In this document: piece by piece, positions 59,846 through 64,000 of the stretch
Numbering within the stretch: the first letter of the stretch is position 1
Layout: each line of letters starts with the position of its first letter
NCBI GenBank assembly: GCA_965226885.1
Contig: CBDDEL010000013.1
Coordinates: forward strand, 256,001 to 320,000
Origin: Opitutales bacterium
Lineage (GTDB): Bacteria > Verrucomicrobiota > Verrucomicrobiia > Opitutales > UBA2987
Length of the DNA stretch: 64,000 nt
Reading direction: 5' to 3'
Program-made: the position numbers and the translations under genes
The notes under the pieces: model-generated
The model's database searches: none
Seen by the model: the letters and a program-made list of their open reading frames with translations, nothing else
What the model was told of the DNA's origin: nothing

Positions 59846-61363
59846 TCCTCCTTTCTAGGATAAGCGTACCGGTTTTAAAGCGCCCTCTTTACCGTACCGG
59901 TTTTTCCCCGGCGTTTACACCCCTCGTTGTCTTTGACAAACTGGTACTTCATTGTTCGTCCTTGGCAAAGTAGCCCACCGTTTTTTTTAGTATCTGGTTG
60001 ATCCGCTCCGAGCGGCGCAGCTCTTTGCGAAGACGATCTATCTCGGCCGCCATCTCCTTCGGACTGCTCTGTCGCTTTGAGGTGGCTTCGCCCTGCTGAT
60101 CGCTTCGCCCTGCTGATCGTCCAGATAGAGCCTCTTCCACCTATACAATTGGTTGGTGTTGACCCCAAGTTTGGTCGATACCTCGGTGGCGCTCAGACCA
60201 TCGAGTATCATCAGTTGAACTGCCTCATTTTTGAACTCTATACTAAAGCGTCTTCTTCCCATGCTTCGATTCTCCATTTAGGAGAATCTCGTGTCCACTT
60301 TTTCCAGTGCACATCATATCTTGAGGCAGATGAAAAAGCTGCTCAAACGGATCGGGGAGCATGCCCGCAGTCACCGGGAATTATTGCAAGCCTGCTGGGA
60401 GCAAAGCGATTACAGCGAAAAACAGGTCCAACAGATCCTCGCCCGGATGGAGCGCATGAGCGAGCAAATCCCGGTGGTCATCAAACAGGCGCACGAGCGG
60501 ATCATTGGCGGCCGCCAGGTGAAAAACGCAGAGAAAGTCTTGAGTGTTTACGAACTCGATGGGCAGGTGATTGTGCGAGGTAAAGCGGGCCAAGAGGTCG
60601 AGTTCGGCAACACCCTGTTTTTGGGAGAAAGCGTTGAAGGGTACCTGCTGGACTGGAAACTCTACGGCAGCCGAACTCCAAGCGAAAATGAACAAATGCA
60701 AGAGAGTTTGCAAAGACAGAACCGCTTCAACCTGGAAGAACCCATAGCGGCCATGTGCGCGGACCGGGGATTTGCCTCCCAGCGGGCCCGCCGGCAGTTA
60801 GCCCAGGAGGGAATCTACGACGCGCTCTGTCCACGCGATCCGAAGCAGTTGAAAAAACGGATGGAGGAACCACTGTTCAGACAATTGCAAAAGCGCCGGG
60901 CCAGCACCGAAGGGCGGATCGGGGTATTGAAGAATCGCTGGCAGGCCGGGCGGTTGCGCAGCAAAGGCTTTGCCAACCGCTCGATCAGCGTAGCCTGGTC
61001 GGTACTCTCGCACAACCTATGGAAAGTAGCCAAGATGCTGGCCCAGCAAGACGAACTAAAAACCAAAGCGGCGGCCTAGAGAGCGGAAAAGCAAGGACAA
61101 TACTTTTTCACAGCCGTACTGTCGGCTCATACAAAGAAAACCAGGCAACCGGACCCCAAAACCAGTATCCTAACGTCATAGGAGAGCAAAGTTGATACTC
61201 TCCCAAATGCAAATACCTCTAAAATGAGCGCCTATCAAAAGCCCTCGCAAAAATCACCCTTTTGGGACAGCCTCTAGGTAGGGGTGTCAGGAAAAAACAG
61301 AACTTTTCAGACTGTCTCCGAAGCCATTCCAAACAGGGGGAAAGGGCAACGAGACATCGCTAG

Positions 61364-62930
61364 CCCGGATATTTCGTAGAAAAAGTATCGTTGATATGCT
61401 TAACTGCTGATATACAGCAGGATAGATCAATAATTAAAGCAATATCAGCGATGACAAAAGGTAAACAATTAAAGCTACAGTTGACAAGGGTAAAAGGCCG
61501 CCGTGTGCGGGTTGATTTCAAAGGCGGAGAGGTTACTTCGGATGCCGGACTGCTTTTGATCCGGGAAGTGGATCGGCAGTTGGGCTTGACCGAACGAGCG
61601 GCCCGACAGTTAGTGGACAAACGGCAGAAGGGCAAAGTACGCCATGAGGTATTGGGGATGCTGCGGCAGCGCGTTTACGGGCTGGTGGCGGGCTATGAGG
61701 ATTTGAACGACTTTGATACCCTGCGCCACGATCCATTGTTGCAAACGGTAACGGGGCGCATTGAAACGTTGGCCAGCGCGCCGACTTTGTGTCGTTTTGA
61801 AAACGGGCAGGATCGGCGGGCAGCCTTTGCGGTAAACGAGCTGTTGGTCGAACAGTTCATGGGCTCCTTTGCCGAGGAACCCGAAGAGATCATCCTGGAC
61901 TTTGACGCCACCGACAATCCGGTGCACGGGCTCCAGGAGGGACGTTTTTTCCACGGTTATTATGATCATTACTGTTTTCTGCCGCTATATGTTTTTTGCG
62001 GTGATCAGCTGCTGGTGGCCTACCTGCGGCCGAGCAAGATCGATGCCAGCAAGCATGCCGGGGCCATCCTCAAATTGCTGGTTAAACGGATGCGCCAAAG
62101 CTGGCCCCGTACGCGGATTATTTGGCGCGCCGACAGTGGATTTTGTCGAGACCGGATACTCTCTTGGTGCGACCGCAACGAAGTTAGTTACATCGTGGGG
62201 ATGGCTCGCAATGCACGCTTGCAGCAAGACGCCCAGCAGTTGCAAAAGCAGGCCAAAGAATGGTTCGAACTAAGGGGTAAAAAACAACGGTTATTCCAGG
62301 ACTTCGTCTATGCTGCCGATTCGTGGCGATGGCTGCGGTTGGTCATCCATAAAGCCGAACACACCGCACAGGGGTCCAACCCGCGCTTCGTGGTGACGAA
62401 CCTGCCGGGCGATCCCCAGGAGCTTTACGACAAGGTATACTGTGGCCGCGGTGAAATGGAGAACCGAATCAAGGAACAGATGCAATTGTTCAGCGAGCGC
62501 ACCAGCGCCCATCAATGGTGGGCCAATCAGTGGCGATTGCTCTTGTCGGCGCTGGCCTACACCTTGATGGAAGCCATGCGCCGGTTAGCCTTAAAAGGGA
62601 CGAAGTGGGCGCGGGCCCAATGCCACACCCTGCGGCTCAAATTAATCAAGATCGGAGCGGTCATCGTGCGCAACACCCGAACGATTCACTTTCACCTAAG
62701 TGAGAGTTATCCTTGGGCCAGTCTTTTCAACCATGCGGCCCGCCGATTGGTGCCAACCTAAAGGGTGCATTGGTGCTGCCCCCGGCACTACCGAACCAAT
62801 GGGGGAAAGGGGGCAGTGTCTCTACACCCTGAAAAACACCTAAAAATCAAGACGATCTGCTCAAAATACAAAGAAATCCATCTCCAATAGCAATAACGAG
62901 CCAAACTTTACCCTTCATGAAATATCCGGG
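61364..62930 (+). mobile_element. IS1380-family element, complete
   Basis: DR CTAG; ORF 61391-62761. Confidence 0.95.
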
Positions 62931-62936
62931 CTAGTC

Positions 62937-63220
62937 CTAATCAACGGGCAAGCCAGCCGGGACGCTGAAAAGGCTGCCATTGTCGAAGCGTTGGAAAAAT
63001 CGTCTCCCCAGGGTATTGTCATCGTATGTAGAAATCCAGCCTGAGTTATCCCCAAATAAGAACATCCAGCGGTAGGTGTTTTCGCTCAGGAAAAGCCATT
63101 CACCTAAGCCGGAGTCCCAAACGAAGATGACATTCTCTGTGCTCCCGGAGTCGACAAACTGCCAGCCATGTTCGTCGTGGAAAATCCAGGGCCAGGAATC
63201 GACATTGTAGTTCAGGTACC
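62937..63220 (-). pseudogene. 3' end of a gene with the Trp-rich C-terminal domain, cut off by IS1-A
   Basis: Reads YLNYNVDSWPWIFHDEHGWQFV...GLGEWLFLSENTYRWMFLFGDNSGWI...RRFFQRFDNGSLFSVPAGLPVD*, matching the C-terminus of 7642-9420. Confidence 0.85.
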
Positions 63221-64000
63221 GGTAGTGTATAAAAAAAGAATGTTATTTTGTATTTTTAGCTGTACAAATAGCGTTAGGCAGTTTATTCTTAGTGCATGGT
63301 TACTAAAATTATTAATTGTCGGCACTGTGGAAGTGAAAATATCATTAAATTTGGCAAGACGCCCAACCATAAACAGCGCTACCGCTGCCATGATTGTGGT
63401 AAACAAAGCCGCGAAAACCCCACAGTGAAATACACCGAAGAGCAAAAAGAAATGATCCTTCGAGTCTATCAGGAACGCAGCAGTCTACGCGGTTTACAGC
63501 GCGCCTTCGGGGTGAGTCCCAACACCGTTTTGAGTTGGTTAAAAAAAACGACAATCGCTGCGACCGCTCAAAAGCACGATTCTTGCGGCCCGCCGCCATG
63601 ATGTCATTGAACTGGACGAACTGTGGTCTTTTGTGGGGCGCAAGAGCGATGCCCAATGGGTTTGGATCGCTCTTTGCCGACGCACCCGTCAAATCCTCTC
63701 CTATGCCATTGGGCCTCGGGATTGGTATCGTTGCCGGGAACTTTACGAGCGTCTGCCACGGGCCTACAAAAGATGTGCCACCTACAGCGACTTTTGGAGC
63801 ACTTATGATGAAGTCTTTCCTCATAACCGATCCGTGGGAAAAGAAACCGGTGAAACGGCCCATGTGGAACGATGGAACAATACCCTGCGCCAACGACTGG
63901 GTCGTTTCACACGCAAAACCCTCTCCTTTTCCAAGCTTAAGAGTATGCATGAAACCTGTCTGAGACTTTTCATTCATCAATATAATCAAGAATTAGCCAC
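63221..64000 (+). mobile_element. IS1-A (runs off the window)
   Basis: IRL plus insA/insB. Confidence 0.94.

Larger units (their letters stand above)
56594..59919 (-). mobile_element. IS21-family element
   Basis: IRs TGTAAACGCCGGG with internal AACCGGTACG repeats; istA-istB overlap. Confidence 0.93.
56449..60316 (-). mobile_element. IS3-A remnant (most of orfB replaced by IS21)
   Basis: Both ends present; a 17-bp duplication frameshifts orfA. Confidence 0.88.
56185..61274 (+). mobile_element. IS5/ISNCY-like element disrupted by nested IS3-A, IS21 and IS1-A
   Basis: 5' part 56185-56448 and 3' part 60317-61274; about 0.6 kb of the transposase gene is missing. Confidence 0.9.

Noticed and set aside
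56594..59919. IS21 as part of a CRISPR- or RNA-guided transposon
   Set aside because: No cas, tnpB, iscB, reverse transcriptase or repeat-spacer array was seen in the window.
61278..61320. Short IR-like sequence pair, possible mini-element
   Set aside because: Poor symmetry, single copy, no DR.
5888..63989. Many recurrent antisense and alternative-frame ORFs (e.g. 146, 153, 214, 218 aa)
   Set aside because: They are shadows of IS copies; recurrence reflects IS identity, not conservation.

Overview
Bacterial chromosome segment undergoing a massive, recent insertion-sequence (IS) burst. From the boundaries I mapped, about 40 of 64 kb (roughly 62%) is IS DNA of nine types: IS1380, an IS5/ISNCY-like element, two IS1, two IS630, two IS3 and IS21. 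Many are nested, with adjacent deletions and a 2.3-kb tandem duplication. The surviving host genes include an FAH-family enzyme, a SAM methyltransferase, an Asp-box/sialidase-like protein, a TPR membrane protein, clpP, a cyclophilin, a nucleotide-sugar epimerase and a stand-alone tandem AP2-domain protein. There is also an AT-rich sulfated-glycan locus with GT2/GT4 enzymes and four sulfotransferase genes or remnants. Many genes are pseudogenised by IS insertion or by a recurrent class of 6-23 bp tandem micro-duplications, which fits early genome erosion as seen in recent symbionts (inference). The best novelty candidates are a Trp-rich C-terminal domain shared by two proteins (one copy missed by the ORF track), the stand-alone double-AP2 protein, a putative pseudoknot RNA after the IS1380 stop codon, and the TA-N2/3-TA target of the IS5-like element. 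No rRNA, tRNA or CRISPR array was seen. Family calls come from motif recognition, not database searches.
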